Shown here in pieces: positions 1 through 12,407 of a stretch of 64,000 nucleotides of DNA. A program made the position numbers and the translations under genes. Source of the stretch: Rhina ancylostomus (taxonomy: Eukaryota). How positions within the stretch are numbered: the stretch's first letter is position 1; every line of letters starts with the position of its first letter. Under the pieces are notes generated by a model. That model worked only from the letters and a program-made list of their open reading frames with translations. It made no database searches and had not been told where the DNA came from. Location of the stretch: contig JARFYF010000084.1 of assembly GCA_030265395.1 (NCBI GenBank), positions 104,711,140 to 104,775,139 on the forward strand, in the 5' to 3' direction.

Positions 1-144
1 CCATGAACCCACGAACACTCCCTCGTTATTCCTCTTTTGCACTATTCATTTATTTTTGTAACTTATAGTAATTTTAATGTCTCTGCTCTGCACTGCTGCT
101 GCAGAACAACAAACTTCATGATGTAAACCTGATTCTGATTCTGA
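1..144 (+). mobile_element. 3' end of a non-LTR retroelement (LINE/SINE tail) ending in (GATTCT)n
   Basis: Ends ...tgcactgctgctgcagaacaacaaacttcatg...aaacctgattctgattctga; a homologous copy is at 2794-2877. A short tandem-repeat tail is typical of fish LINE/SINE 3' ends. Confidence 0.65.
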
Positions 145-1739
145 AGAAGACTTTCATAAATTCTTGAATCTTTTCCTCTATCCACCTGGTAATTTCTTCC
201 TGTGACCAAGCTCAGAATAGAATGTCTATTTATACATGTTAGTCACAGGCAAGACAGTTCTAACAACAAGTTGAATAGGCTCTGTTGTATATGTGGCATC
301 AATCTAATTATTCTGTCCAGTCCAGTGATACTGGTTGATTCAGGATATTGTTTGTAATGCCCTATATAATAATGCAATTGCTGTATCACAATAGTTACTT
401 TCTGAGATATGAATTGGATACTGTGTCTCCTCTATAAGCATAGGCTAAACTGACATTGCAGCTTAAGGTCGCATCATGGTTACCTCAGTCTAAAGTAACT
501 GAGGAAGATTATCTTCACACTCCAGTGTTTTGGTGCTGATATTGAGGAATATCAGTCCTTCTTCAAAATTTGTTCTCATTTCATAACCATTTCTGTTGCC
601 ATCACCAGTCTGGGTAACATTTCAGTGTGGTACTGAAGGAGTGCTGTAATATCAAAGCTGATGTCTTAGTTTTCTGTAATGTTAAATTGAGATCCCTTCT
701 GGACTCCCAGGTAGACATAAAATATGCTATAACAGAGTTTGTAAAAGACCAGGAGACTTTTTGTCCTAATGTCCCATGCAATATTTATTACACAACCAAC
801 ATTATCAGAAAACAAATTGCCTAATTCTTATCTTGTTATTGGGGTCTTGTTGAGCACAAATGGGTACTGCATTTCTCACTTTACAGCTGTGATTAATTTT
901 TTAAATGGCTCTAATGGCTTCAACATACTTTTGATATATTCTGTGATTGTGATTTGCAACATATAAATGCATATCTTTTCTCCTTGGCTTCTGAATTTGT
1001 TCTTAAAGTGATCCATCTTTTGCTTTGAATTTGTTTGTGAACTTGTTTTAAAATACACCAGTTACTTTTATGAAATAATACAGTGAGGTAGCCAAACAGA
1101 CTTCTACATTTCAGCCAACCAGTTCATAATAGGTAAAGGATGTATTAAATAAACTTGCTGGGTTATTAGTTGCCAAGTATGATATAATGTCACAGAGTAC
1201 ATAATGTTTCATACATTAAAAAAAATACCAGGGCAGCAGATCAGTCAGCATCTGTGAAAAGAAAAGGGAGATAATTAATATGTTTGGATCATGTTCTTCA
1301 ACAAATAATGTATGTTTGGTTCCAAAAGTCAATCAAAAATGCAGTATAAAATTTGGCAGCAAAACACTTATTTGGAAATATTTTCTTTCTTCTTACAATC
1401 TGACCACTTCCTCCATGTGGTCCAGATTTTGCAATTGGAATGATGCTGAAGATAACAACATCACTCAGAGCAGCCTAGAGATTACTGTACATATGTGGGT
1501 GAACTCTCTCACAAACGGTGCTGTTTCTCAGCCTTGTACCTCTCAGACAATCAAGAAAACTCAGCTAAATTGTTGAAAACTTCAGGTATTTTTATCTGTA
1601 AAGTCCCCTGGAAATGTTATGCTTTGTTGCATAAGTTCAAATAAGTTTTATATGATACACTGCGCCATAATTATTGGTGGGGGGCTTTAAAGGTCAGAAG
1701 TAAAGATGGACCATCCACATGAATATCACGTGTGGCTAT

Positions 1740-2034
1740 GAGAGAGGTCAGAGGCTGGCTATCCTGCATTAAGGCCTTTCCACCATCTACAAGGCACAAG
1801 TCTTGATGGAATACTCTTCACTTGCCTAGGTAAGTGCAATGCCAACAACTATCACGAAATACAGCACTATCCACAGCACTTGACTGACTCCACAACCACC
1901 TCCCAAAACATTTATTCCCTCCAATGCGGGCACAGATGGGCTGCATTGTTTACCATCTGCAAAATACATTGCAATTATTCGCACAGCCTGTTATGAGAAC
2001 ACTCTGCATACCGATGACATATAGTATCAAGGAG
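1740..2034 (+). mobile_element. Degenerate CR1/L2-clade LINE ORF2 (C-terminal) fragment
   Basis: From about 1782 it translates TIYKAQVLMEYSSLA*VSAMPTTITKYSTIH, resembling the LINE ORF2 post-RT motif 'TIYKAQVRSVMEY...AW'. It has an in-frame stop and runs into an N gap. Confidence 0.65.
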
Positions 2035-2793
2035 NNNNNNNNNNNNNNNNNNNNNNNNNNNNNNNNNNNNNNNNNNNNNNNNNNNNNNNNNNNNNNNNNN
2101 NNNNNNNNNNNNNNNNNNNNNNNNNNNNNNNNNNNNNNNNNNNNNNNNNNNNNNNNNNNNNNNNNNNNNNNNNNNNNNNNNNNNNNNNNNNNNNNNNNNN
2201 NNNNNNNNNNNNNNNNNNNNNNNNNNNNNNNNNNNNNNNNNNNNNNNNNNNNNNNNNNNNNNNNNNNNNNNNNNNNNNNNNNNNNNNNNNNNNNNNNNNN
2301 NNNNNNNNNNNNNNNNNNNNNNNNNNNNNNNNNNNNNNNNNNNNNNNNNNNNNNNNNNNNNNNNNNNNNNNNNNNNNNNNNNNNNNNNNNNNNNNNNNNN
2401 NNNNNNNNNNNNNNNNNNNNNNNNNNNNNNNNNNNNNNNNNNNNNNNNNNNNNNNNNNNNNNNNNNNNNNNNNNNNNNNNNNNNNNNNNNNNNNNNNNNN
2501 NNNNNNNNNNNNNNNNNNNNNNNNNNNNNNNNNNNNNNNNNNNNNNNNNNNNNNNNNNNNNNNNNNNNNNNNNNNNNNNNNNNNNNNNNNNNNNNNNNNN
2601 NNNNNNNNNNNNNNNNNNNNNNNNNNNNNNNNNNNNNNNNNNNNNNNNNNNNNNNNNNNNNNNNNNNNNNNNNNNNNNNNNNNNNNNNNNNNNNNNNNNN
2701 NNNNNNNNNNNNNNNNNNNNNNNNNNNNNNNNNNNNNNNNNNNNNNNNNNNNNNNNNNNNNNNNNNNNNNNNNNNNNNNNNNNNNNNNNNNNN

Positions 2794-2877
2794 NTGTCTT
2801 GCACCGTACTGTTGCTGCAAAACAACAAATTTCATATGTATCAGAGATAATAAAGCTGATTCTGATTCTGATTCAGT
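2794..2877 (+). mobile_element. Second copy of the (GATTCT)n-tailed retroelement 3' end
   Basis: tgcaccgtactgttgctgcaaaacaacaaatttcat...aataaagctgattctgattctgatt aligns by eye with 88-144 and has AATAAA before the tail. Confidence 0.65.
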
Positions 2878-5800
2878 TCTATCTTGTAACCATGGACGTG
2901 AACATCTCAAGCATTAGCAGACTGGGGTATTATGAAAGACTAAAGAATCTTGGACAACTCAACCTTTAGAGGAAGTGATGGAGGTGATAATTCAGAAGGA
3001 TAGAATGTGCCACCTCAAACCACACAAGACTCCCTGGCACGGGTTGTGACCACAAGTAGTGCAAGTCTGGCACTGCATCAAACTAGTTGCAGTAAGTTCC
3101 CAAGAGGACCCTCAGGACCCTTGGTATATTTCTCAAGGAACTGGAACTGTCTGAATGCATCTATTGCATACTGAAAAAAAGAACAAAATTTAGCTCTTTG
3201 CACGAATGTACTGATGTGTGCAAAACACCTCTTCAGGCTAATGGAGACACAAGTCCATGGAGGTAGTATAAGAAGAACACTGCCGTATATAATTGCAATC
3301 AATCCATGAGCTGTAAATTCGGAATATTAAATCAAAAGTGACCATGGGTTCAGCACTAAAATTGACAAATATCTGGAGGTTCTTCTTCAGGCGAGATGTG
3401 AACAGTCCAGAGCTGTCCCTGTCTCTGTGAGGTGAGCTGCCACATGCTGAAAGAGCTTTCTCAATTGTATCTGTCCCCTCGGTAAGTCACAACAAACCAT
3501 AAGGTTTGCACTGAGCATGCGTGCTTTAAAAAGATCTAATAACTGAACTACACCCACTCTCCGACCGCCCCATCCCCGTTTTACCCTTCCCCCGTAGCAC
3601 TACCTCCAATCTCATCTGTTAATACATTTGCTTTTAAAAAAAGAGTGTGATTCAGTAACAGGCTCCGGTTGTGTTTGTAAAAAAAAACAAGGTTATTACT
3701 TACTGTAGTTTCCCATCAGCTGAACCAAAGGAAGCTTCACCTCTCCTGTGCGTTCCCTCAGGTGTATGTTTTGTATTATTAGCAGTTTGATCGCACTGTT
3801 TAAATTCAACTTGCACTAAAGTCTCCAAAGGGCATCCACATCAAATTTCAGCTGGACGAAAAGTATACTCAGAAACGAGAAATAAAATTGTTATATTCAG
3901 GATACATGTCGTTTTACATTTGAACTATACATCTTGATATATACTCTACTCACCCTTGTGCATGACCCGTTTTTTTCGGAATTCACAGGGGGTCTCATTT
4001 CTAAATTTTCAACTCTTACCTGCTTTTCATTAAGAAGTCAAAAGTGTATTTGATTTTAAAATAGAACGGGTTTGATCTACGGTAAGTGTTTACACATGGC
4101 ATGTCTGATATGTTATTTGTAAATTACGTCAAAATGACCCCAAAATTAATCTCTTCATGTTTTCTTCAATATTCAATAGATCACTAAGAGCTGATAAACG
4201 ATGCATCTTAACAAATAAGTGTTTCTGAAGAATTTTTTTTGCAAAAGGATTAGATACTTTTAAAATAAATAAATTACAGTACAATTTAATAATCAATTTT
4301 AGTTCAAACCAGCTTGTACATCTAAACGGTGCATATTAAACCCAATGCTCCTTCTATGTGAATGTCATCGATTTCCGCAAGAGCTCATTACACCACAAAG
4401 AGCTGTTTTATTTTCTCCTGGTTCTGCAGCTGAACACAATTCTGCAGTTCGGAAAGTAGGAAGAAAACGGGCCAGGATCTCGTATCAAAGACACAAAACA
4501 CCACACACAGGAGAAAAGATTCGCGATGAGTATTTTCGAGACTCTCTGAATAACCCCAACTGGACCTGGACAGTAAAACTGCAGTATAAACGCAGATGTA
4601 AAGCAAGTCCTGCCAAGTTTAACCTGCAAGACAACATTATAAAGTAGCCCGCGTCCCTTCGCGCTGCCCGTTTGCCCTAATCTTCAGCAACTCTGTGCCA
4701 AACTAAAACCCTTCTTCGTGACAACCAACTCGCAGAGCCAAAGGCTGCGGCCCGATCGGATACTGAGAAGACAACTATCAATGAATGATCAGCTGATAGG
4801 TGCACATGAAAACATCATATGTTTCAATTGATGAATAAAATATTTTAAGTTAAACCTCCATTCACCACTCGAGGCTTGGGGGGCGGGGGCGGAGGAAGGG
4901 GGACGAGTTGGTGTTATCAATCACCGTACGTTTTCACGGAGTTCAGTGTTACAATATAAAGATTGACCTTAACGTGGGTTATTAGTGACTGGTGCAATTT
5001 ACATCAATTTTTTTAAAAAGCAGAGAGCATAATTTTCTCAAGTTTGAGCTGGTCTACCTTTCGAAATGAGCAAATAAAAACTTGAATCTGCAAGAAGGCT
5101 TAATCATACTTGTTCAGAAATAACATAATCTTACCGGAAGGAACACCCTGTACAACTTGCAAACCCACAGGTAGCATGGGACATTCAGACACACACCGAC
5201 TGTGGCAACTGACAGAACCAGCTCCTGCAGCATAATTCTTGCTGATGAACAACGTGATTTGTAACAGAAGTTTAATCTCGCTCTAAGTTTCTAACACTGT
5301 GAAAGACATCTCCAGTCTGTATTTTTAACATACTTATTAATACTTTTTTCAGTTGTCCCATTTATTGATTCAACACCAGCTGCCATTGCGATTCTTGTTA
5401 AAATTATTGAAAAGTGTGAGCGTCTCCTGAAATAGATATTCAAAAAATCGAAAGCCCTGAGCATTTCATTCTGATTTTCGCATCTTACGACTTGCAAAGT
5501 GAAATTCCACTACTGAGTAAAACTTTGATTGTGAAATTTCACGATTCTCTCCCAACCGAACAATGTCTTAAGAATTGTATTCGGCATCACTTCAAAGTGA
5601 GTGTAGACTTGCTTGCTTCAAACAGCGTCAATGGAACGAAAAATAACATAGCTACTTTACAATTCGATTTTATTTCCAAAATAGTGACCTTCATCTTTCA
5701 ACAAAGATTTTTTTTGTTTTTAGTCTTATACATGTGAATACCAGGAGTTTATCAGTCAGTTGCGAGGTAATATGAAATATCAGTAAATATTAGCAAGCGC

Positions 5801-8043
5801 ATGATCAGTACACCCTGGCCGATATCGATTTTATCTCTTCACACTTCCTGCTATTAACTGTGAAAATTATGTTTAAACTATCGATCGATACTATTGACTT
5901 TCGAAATTTTATATTAATATTACAGCGTAAGAGAAAGACCGATCGATGATCTGTGTGTAAATATGCAAAAGGGCATTTGACAATATCCACAAATATTATT
6001 GTTCAATACAATCAATTATACGCCTTGTTAGTAAAATTAAGTAAATTCAGGGTAATCTGAACATGATCTTATTAAATAAAAAAAAGAAATGCTTTGTATA
6101 TAAATGGTTGCGAAGTTTGATTAAATATTTCAACTTTTGGATTGTAATTTGCGTATTTTTTCAGAGAATAAAACAAATGTGGCTGCTGAGTTGTCATGTG
6201 CTGCTCACGGTTCCTTTCTTGTTTTTTATATATTTTATTTCTTGGTATTGTGTAATTTTGAACATAATATTAAACTCTCCTATTGTTTCCAGATGTAAAA
6301 TATTTGCTATCACGCGCGGGCAGCCACTGCCTGGCCTCTTAAATTGATGAATCGGCCCTTACATCCTGGAGTACGTTTGCTTAACCTTATGGGCAAAACT
6401 ATCAAAAGGTCAAAACTGGGATTGTCCAGTATATAGACTCAGTTAATTATTTCGAAACAAATTACTGTCTTATAGCGTAGATTAATACTGTACAGATTGA
6501 ATAGTCCACTCGTTGTTATTGAAGTGAATTTACAAATGCAAGAAGTGCTCCAAGATCATTGATAAGATCTGCTAATAACTAAAACAAGTATGTCGACTTG
6601 AGCAGGTAAAGATTTAAAATCTTTCAAACGAAGCCCCCCACCACCACCAAAAAAGATTAAAGGGCTCTTTTTTTTAGCAGGTCGCGAAAGAACAGGAGAA
6701 TACTGCTAATCTCCTGATCAAGCGACTTGAATGTTAGGAAATACACACTTTTGAAACGGCTTACATATGAACTTTAACTTGTTGATTGTTTCTGAACCTG
6801 AAGTGAGTTAAAATAAAAGGTCGGATTTCATAAGTTCACTTGCTTTCAATAACTTCATTTGCCCTGAGTTCAGTGCAGACATCAATATTGTGATGCTCTT
6901 GAGATACGAATCTCTTCCACCACTATTTGTGTAATCGGCACCTCAAAATATCCTCGAAAGAAAATGCAGCAATTGGCTGTACAATGCTACACGAATAATC
7001 TTTCTGTACTGTCTAAATTGTCTAATGTGTGCCTTTCATTGCAAGCCTTTCTTCATTCTGTCAGTTTGTCCGACTTAATCTATTTATCCAGTGACAACTG
7101 ACAACTCGAGAGTTGATTTGACTATTTCAGAGGTCACTTACGGTAGTTATAGAGATATTTCCAACCACTGCACGAATTTAAAGCAGGACTGTGAGTTTGT
7201 GTTGCTTTCACAAAAATTGAATAATTTTCAATTGTTTATAGATGAGATAATGAAGTGTATTAANNNNNNNNNNAAATGTCTCGCTTTTAGTATTGTTGGG
7301 TGCATTCAATCTGTTTTACTTGCGGTTCTAAGTGCTACTTAACCCCTTCCATAAAACAATACCTCATCGTTCATTCTGAGAATCACCATTATTATACGAA
7401 TACGAAAAAGAACAAAAGTGTTTCAGAATTCCAGTAGAAATTAATCTGACATGGAAGATTCACAAATCTACAATATAGGAAAATACTCCCAACGATTTGC
7501 GTAATCATGCATGATAATNNNNNNNNNNNNNNNNNNNNNNNNNNNNNNNNNNNNNNNNNNNNNNNNNNNNNNNNNNNNNNNNNNNNNNNNNNNNNNNNNN
7601 NNNNNNNNNNNNNNNNNNNNNNNNNNNNNNNNNNNNNNNNNNNNNNNNNNNNNNNNNNNNNNNNNNNNNNNNNNNNNNNNNNNNNNNNNNNNNNNNNNNN
7701 NNNNNNNNNNNNNNNNNNNNNNNNNNNNNNNNNNNNNNNNNNNNNNNNNNNNNNNNNNNNNNNNNNNNNNNNNNNNNNNNNNNNNNNNNNNNNNNNNNNN
7801 NNNNNNNNNNNNNNNNNTTATTCGGTGGTGGGATGAACTTTGACCTCAAACAAGGATAACAATTTGCTTAATACCCTGCATTTTGCTGTGGATTCTGCGA
7901 GGGTTTTTTTGTGATTATGCGTAGTTTGCTTAGAACATGTCGCTGGTCTTAGAGATTTGTCTGGAGTTTGATGCTGGGTCTTACTCCGAGCTACAAACAG
8001 GAGGGCTAATTTGAAAATGACCCAACACTGAATTAATTCGGTT

Positions 8044-8060
8044 TGAACTTTCAGTGAACT
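8044..8060 (-). promoter_or_regulatory. HoxA1 3' retinoic acid response element (DR5)
   Basis: Minus strand AGTTCA-ctgaa-AGTTCA, a perfect RGKTCA DR5 about 2.9 kb 3' of the HoxA1 stop. Position and form match the known Hoxa1 3' RARE (recalled GGTTCA-ccgaa-AGTTCA). Confidence 0.85.
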
Positions 8061-10084
8061 GGAGATTAAACAAGGTTGAACAGGCAGAATGGAACAGTTT
8101 CTTAGCTATAGGGTTTTCAGTCAACCTTTCACGCCGAGTAAATATTGATCAGTTTTAATCTGATTGCCCTGGAGGAAAATGCGGAGTCTCTACATGGAAA
8201 AGGTAAATTCATGAGGATGAATGTTACAGTGGAATGAGTGTTGTAGGCCATCGGTGCTCTAACTCGTCACCGATATCAAACAAATTATCATCTAAGAAAG
8301 CTACTGTGTTCCTAACAGATCAATTCAATGCACAAAAAAGTAACAAAGGATAAGAATAAAGAGTACAATCTCCTCAGTGTTCATCAAAAACTTGACCCCT
8401 ACAAGGAAACAAAGTCTAAATTAGAAAAATATCATCGATCGCAGTTATATATTAGTGGATTGAACACTCCGAACACAAAATTGTACGGCGAGGTTACATT
8501 TCAGTTGGATGTTTGCAATTATAAATTCCACATCAAATTAAAATAAAAGGTATCTCATACGTCTTTCAGTAATTATATCGTGTAGAAAAGTCAGCTTCTT
8601 TGTACTTTCTTGGGTTTTATTTTGAAGGATTGCTGTTTGCTTACAGACGGTTATTCTCGAGTGTATACAAAATGGGTAGGTATATGCATTGACAAGAAGT
8701 CGTTAAAGTGCACACATTCCTTCGACTCCTCTTCCATAGAATAAGTGTTTATAGCAGCGAGGGCTAAGATCTACAGAGTGAGAAAGCAAACGGGATTCAT
8801 TAGGGATTGGGTTTTGCACTTATTCACCAGCAACAGATGGCCAGGCATTACAGCCATGCATAATGCCTGTGCAAACGGCTTTTAAAGTTTATATGGGGGT
8901 ACATAATTATATTACCTGAACTTTTATAGCACTGTGGAAATATAAAAGTACAGTAATTATGAAATCTAAATTGTCCGAAGGAATTATCTTTCCATCTTAT
9001 TTAGAGTCATCGCATTTCCTGCGTGGTTTAAACTTCAAAAGCACTTCAGTGGCTGTAACGTGCTGGGGGATGTCCCTAAAAGTTATGAAGGGTGTTCTAT
9101 AAATGCAGGCTATTGCCTTTCTTTTGAAATTGTTTGAAGCGCTTCTTTTTCCTATTGGAACTCCAGGTGCGCTTGAAAAATATCAATTAAGACAATGTGT
9201 TTATATTGAACGAAACATTCAATCCACCAGCTAAATAAGGGAACGAAAAAAGGTTGGTTGATTTCGACTTGTGGTTTTGTACAAGTTTGGGTTTTTTTTA
9301 GTAAACAAAATGAAACTGGAGCCTTTGAGCATCAAATAAAGCGTTCGTTTCTTTGAAGTTCTTTTCCATCGACTCCAATCTTGCAAAAGCAGACAGCTTC
9401 ATAGCAGATTTCTCCATTGATGTGGCCGAAGTGCCCTAAAACACCATCGACTTTTGCTATTGACACCAAACTGCATCTAATCGTGTTGATTCTGAAGCAA
9501 ATGCCAGTGACATTCTAGTCACGCGGCGTCAGCAGTTTGCTCCGTCAAAACAATACGAAGAAACTAGTTTCGTTTAAAAAAAGTTAATTCGATAATCTTG
9601 TGTTTTCATTCTGTACAGTTGGGTTAAAGTATTTTTATACGTGTATGCGAAATCAGCAAAAGAAATCTTGGTGCAATAATCTGAAGCTAGTTGATGGCAA
9701 TGTTTTTGGAAAGTGCGTTGTTTACATATATGTAAATAAGTTGTTCAAGGTGAAAAGGTCACTCTTTCGATCTGGTATGTGTGGCATTTAACGTTGATCT
9801 GAAAAGGTCCTTTAAAGAGCCGCTGGTGTTTCCTATGAGCAGAAAACGTGCCTTTTGACTTTTGATTCAATGTGCTTGTATGGGCAAGCATTAACCTCAA
9901 TGATTTTTCCCTCTCTCCTCATGCCTCAGCAATTAAGAATCTAAAATAAATAAAACGTATGTAATATAAAAAAAAACATTGGAGGAAAGAAAAACAAATG
10001 TTAAAATAGTGCTAATAAGTAATCAAGTTCAGGAAACAAGACGGAAAATGTTGCATACGAGATTATAAGAAAGAAACGCAGCAT

Positions 10085-10100
10085 TTTAATAGTATTTATT
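10085..10100 (-). terminator. Probable HoxA1 polyadenylation signals (AATAAA followed by ATTAAA)
   Basis: Minus strand reads AATAAA-tact-ATTAAA about 890 nt after the stop, followed by a T-rich tract. Confidence 0.5.
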
Positions 10101-10989
10101 ATCTGGACCCGTAAATTCTGTTCTGGATTTCAATCACAGAAAATCTCAGAACTGTCTCAAATCACGTGCTGATTGTATATAACATCTAGTCACAGAGAAG
10201 AACTGATAAAACTCAGTAATGTAGAAGTACACACTGACAGCGTTGTATCATGCAAAATTCTAGACACAAACCACAGGAAAAAAAGAAACATTCGTTTGGC
10301 TTACATTCTTAATTAACTTTCTTTAACAGGTAGCTCATGACATTAAGCCCAACAAATATCTGAGTAAACGTGATTATTCTGAGGTATTTTAACAATGTGC
10401 TACTGCTGGCCTTGAGATAACCAACTTACATTTGGAAGGGGGACATATACTTAACACCTTTCACCTTTCACGTTTTACATAGCCCAGTGCAATGAAGTAT
10501 ACAGTAATTCCTGTACATATAACTTTCCACAGTGTGGAGAGAGCATCTCTATTTACTCAGCTCCACGTTCTGCATGAACAAGAAATGCATCACTTCCACT
10601 CCAATTCATTGATGACATTTTTATATAAAATCTCTACATCTACTTCATATAAGGGCCGTATGACCCTGGCTCTCAGCATCATTTTTAGAAAATATTTGTA
10701 AAAAGATAAAACTCTTGACAATATATACAACCAGCGCAGCTTACAATATATATGCAACACGTTAAATTAAAATAGGACAATTATATTATACAGTAGTTGT
10801 TTTTTAGTGTAAACGCTTTTGTAATAGTGCATCTCTCGTTCATTTAGAGATTGGCAGATTTTTTTTCTCCAAGCCATAATGCTTCTTGTGGTTTGTTTCC
10901 CAGAAAATCATATGGAATTACGTTTCTTTTTAAACTAAAGACAACTGGTAAAACGCGGGGTTCCAGTTTGGGTTCATGTTTGGAATGTT

Positions 10990-11342
10990 TCAGCCTGAAG
11001 TATTCAGAGTTTCTGAGGTAGATGATGAAGGGGAGGGAGTCGATGAGGTAGAGCTGGATTTGTCTGAGGTGTCTTCTGTATTGGCTTCACTCCCAGGCGT
11101 GGCCGGAGAAGCTGAGGTAAGACCCTCCTTTTCCCGCTTTTTCTGCTTCATGCGTCGATTCTGGAACCAAATTTTGACCTGGGTTTCGTTAAGCTGGAGG
11201 GCAGCAGCGATTTCCACCCGCCTGGCCCGGGTCAAGTACTTGTTGAAGTGGAACTCCTTCTCCAGTTCTGTCAGTTGCTTGGTGGTGAAATTGGTTCTCA
11301 CCGTATTGGGCTGACCGGCAAAACCGTACTCGCCAGCCTTTC
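10990..11342 (-). CDS. hoxa1: Homeobox protein HoxA1, exon 2 (homeodomain); CDS join 11783-12407 + 10990-11342, 325 aa
   Basis: Acceptor tggtttag|GA; [74 protein letters not shown] is a paralog group 1 homeodomain. Confidence 0.97.
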
Positions 11343-11782
11343 CTAAACCAGTAAAAATTGATCACAAAACAAATAAGTAAGTCAGAAAGGATTTAAAAGG
11401 GAAGAATGCTATAACTGCTTCTAAATTCTGGTCGAGCTTTAATGCACTGATAAGCCAGCATTTCCACATCTGTATTTCGGATATATAAGACAAACAAAAT
11501 TATTACCGCTACATCTCATCAACCAGTTGATGGTTAAAATCGACTTCGGGTGAGGTCCAGAAGGCAGGATAGAAAATAATAGATCACAAGAGAAATAATG
11601 AAGACGAAAGGTGAGGCCACCAGGTCAGCTTTAACAATATGCAACAGAATGAGATTCATTGTTTTCATTCAGACGTGACAGACTTGGCAATAACTTTTCC
11701 AGCACTCTTTGCGAGAATCTGGCTTCATCTTACTTTTATCCGTAAAATAAAGGAAAGCATACACAAGGTGAATTCAACTTAC

Positions 11783-12407
11783 CTGTCTTTGGCGGATTCC
11801 TCTTCACTTTCATCCACTCAAAGGTCTTCGCTGGAGGAGAAGTTTCAGCTGACGGGGAGCAGCAAGCCTCCTGGTGATTGCCAGGAACGGGTGACATCGG
11901 GTGACAGCCTGCAGCGAGCACTAAACTCTGCTGTTCTTGCCTGTAAGGGTGATGGGCATATTGGCCTGGTCCCACCATCCCGCCATAGCCATGGTGCTGT
12001 GGGCTAATTGCTGAGGCAATGTTTCCCGGATAGACAGCAGGATTACATTGAGGATAACCTCCGTTGCCATCAGTCTCTTGATTCAGTGAGTAGTGATGAC
12101 TATAGCCTGTGTTAAAGCTCTGTGCTGGGTATCCTGTCCCACAGTTAGGGTGGGCACTGTAGGGGATGCCCAGGTTGTTGTGCGTGTAGCTTGCATGTTG
12201 TTGGTGGTGATGATGAAGAGGAGCACCTATCTGCACACCTCTGCTCACGATATAGCGGTCATCAACGTTGCTGTTATTATTGCCAACGGCACAAGACTGA
12301 TAAGTTGTAATTCCTTGCTCTGCGTGGTAACTTCTGGAAGAACAAGTCCCAGTTTCTCCGCCAATAATAGAATAGTCTAGAAAGGAGTTCATCCTTGCAT
12401 TGTCCAT
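11783..12407 (-). CDS. hoxa1: Homeobox protein HoxA1, exon 1
   Basis: [13 protein letters not shown]-terminus (HoxA1-type), His-rich patch, hexapeptide [14 protein letters not shown]; donor ACAG|GTAAGT, phase 1. Confidence 0.97.

Noticed and set aside
1924-2910. Long ORFs of about 300 aa in the ORF track
   Set aside because: Artefacts of translating through an N gap; the same applies at 7505-7849, 32782-33362, 47590-47790 and 58574-59058.
4345-4647. 100-aa plus-strand ORF and overlapping minus-strand ORFs
   Set aside because: No recognisable domain or splice context; expected by chance.
8842-8869. 9-bp inverted repeat CAGGCATTA...TAATGCCTG
   Set aside because: Too short for a miRNA hairpin; compatible with chance in 64 kb.
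10976-11314. Antisense ORFs over homeoboxes (also 57121-57462)
   Set aside because: Mirror frames commonly stay open opposite conserved homeobox codons.
11609-11627. AGGTGA-n7-AGGTCA in the HoxA1 intron
   Set aside because: Non-canonical spacing for RAR/RXR and no supporting context.
11860-12080. Mammalian-type alternative intron within HoxA1 exon 1 (truncated isoform)
   Set aside because: No GTAAG-like donor at the expected place (reads GAT GGC AAC), so it cannot be supported from this sequence.
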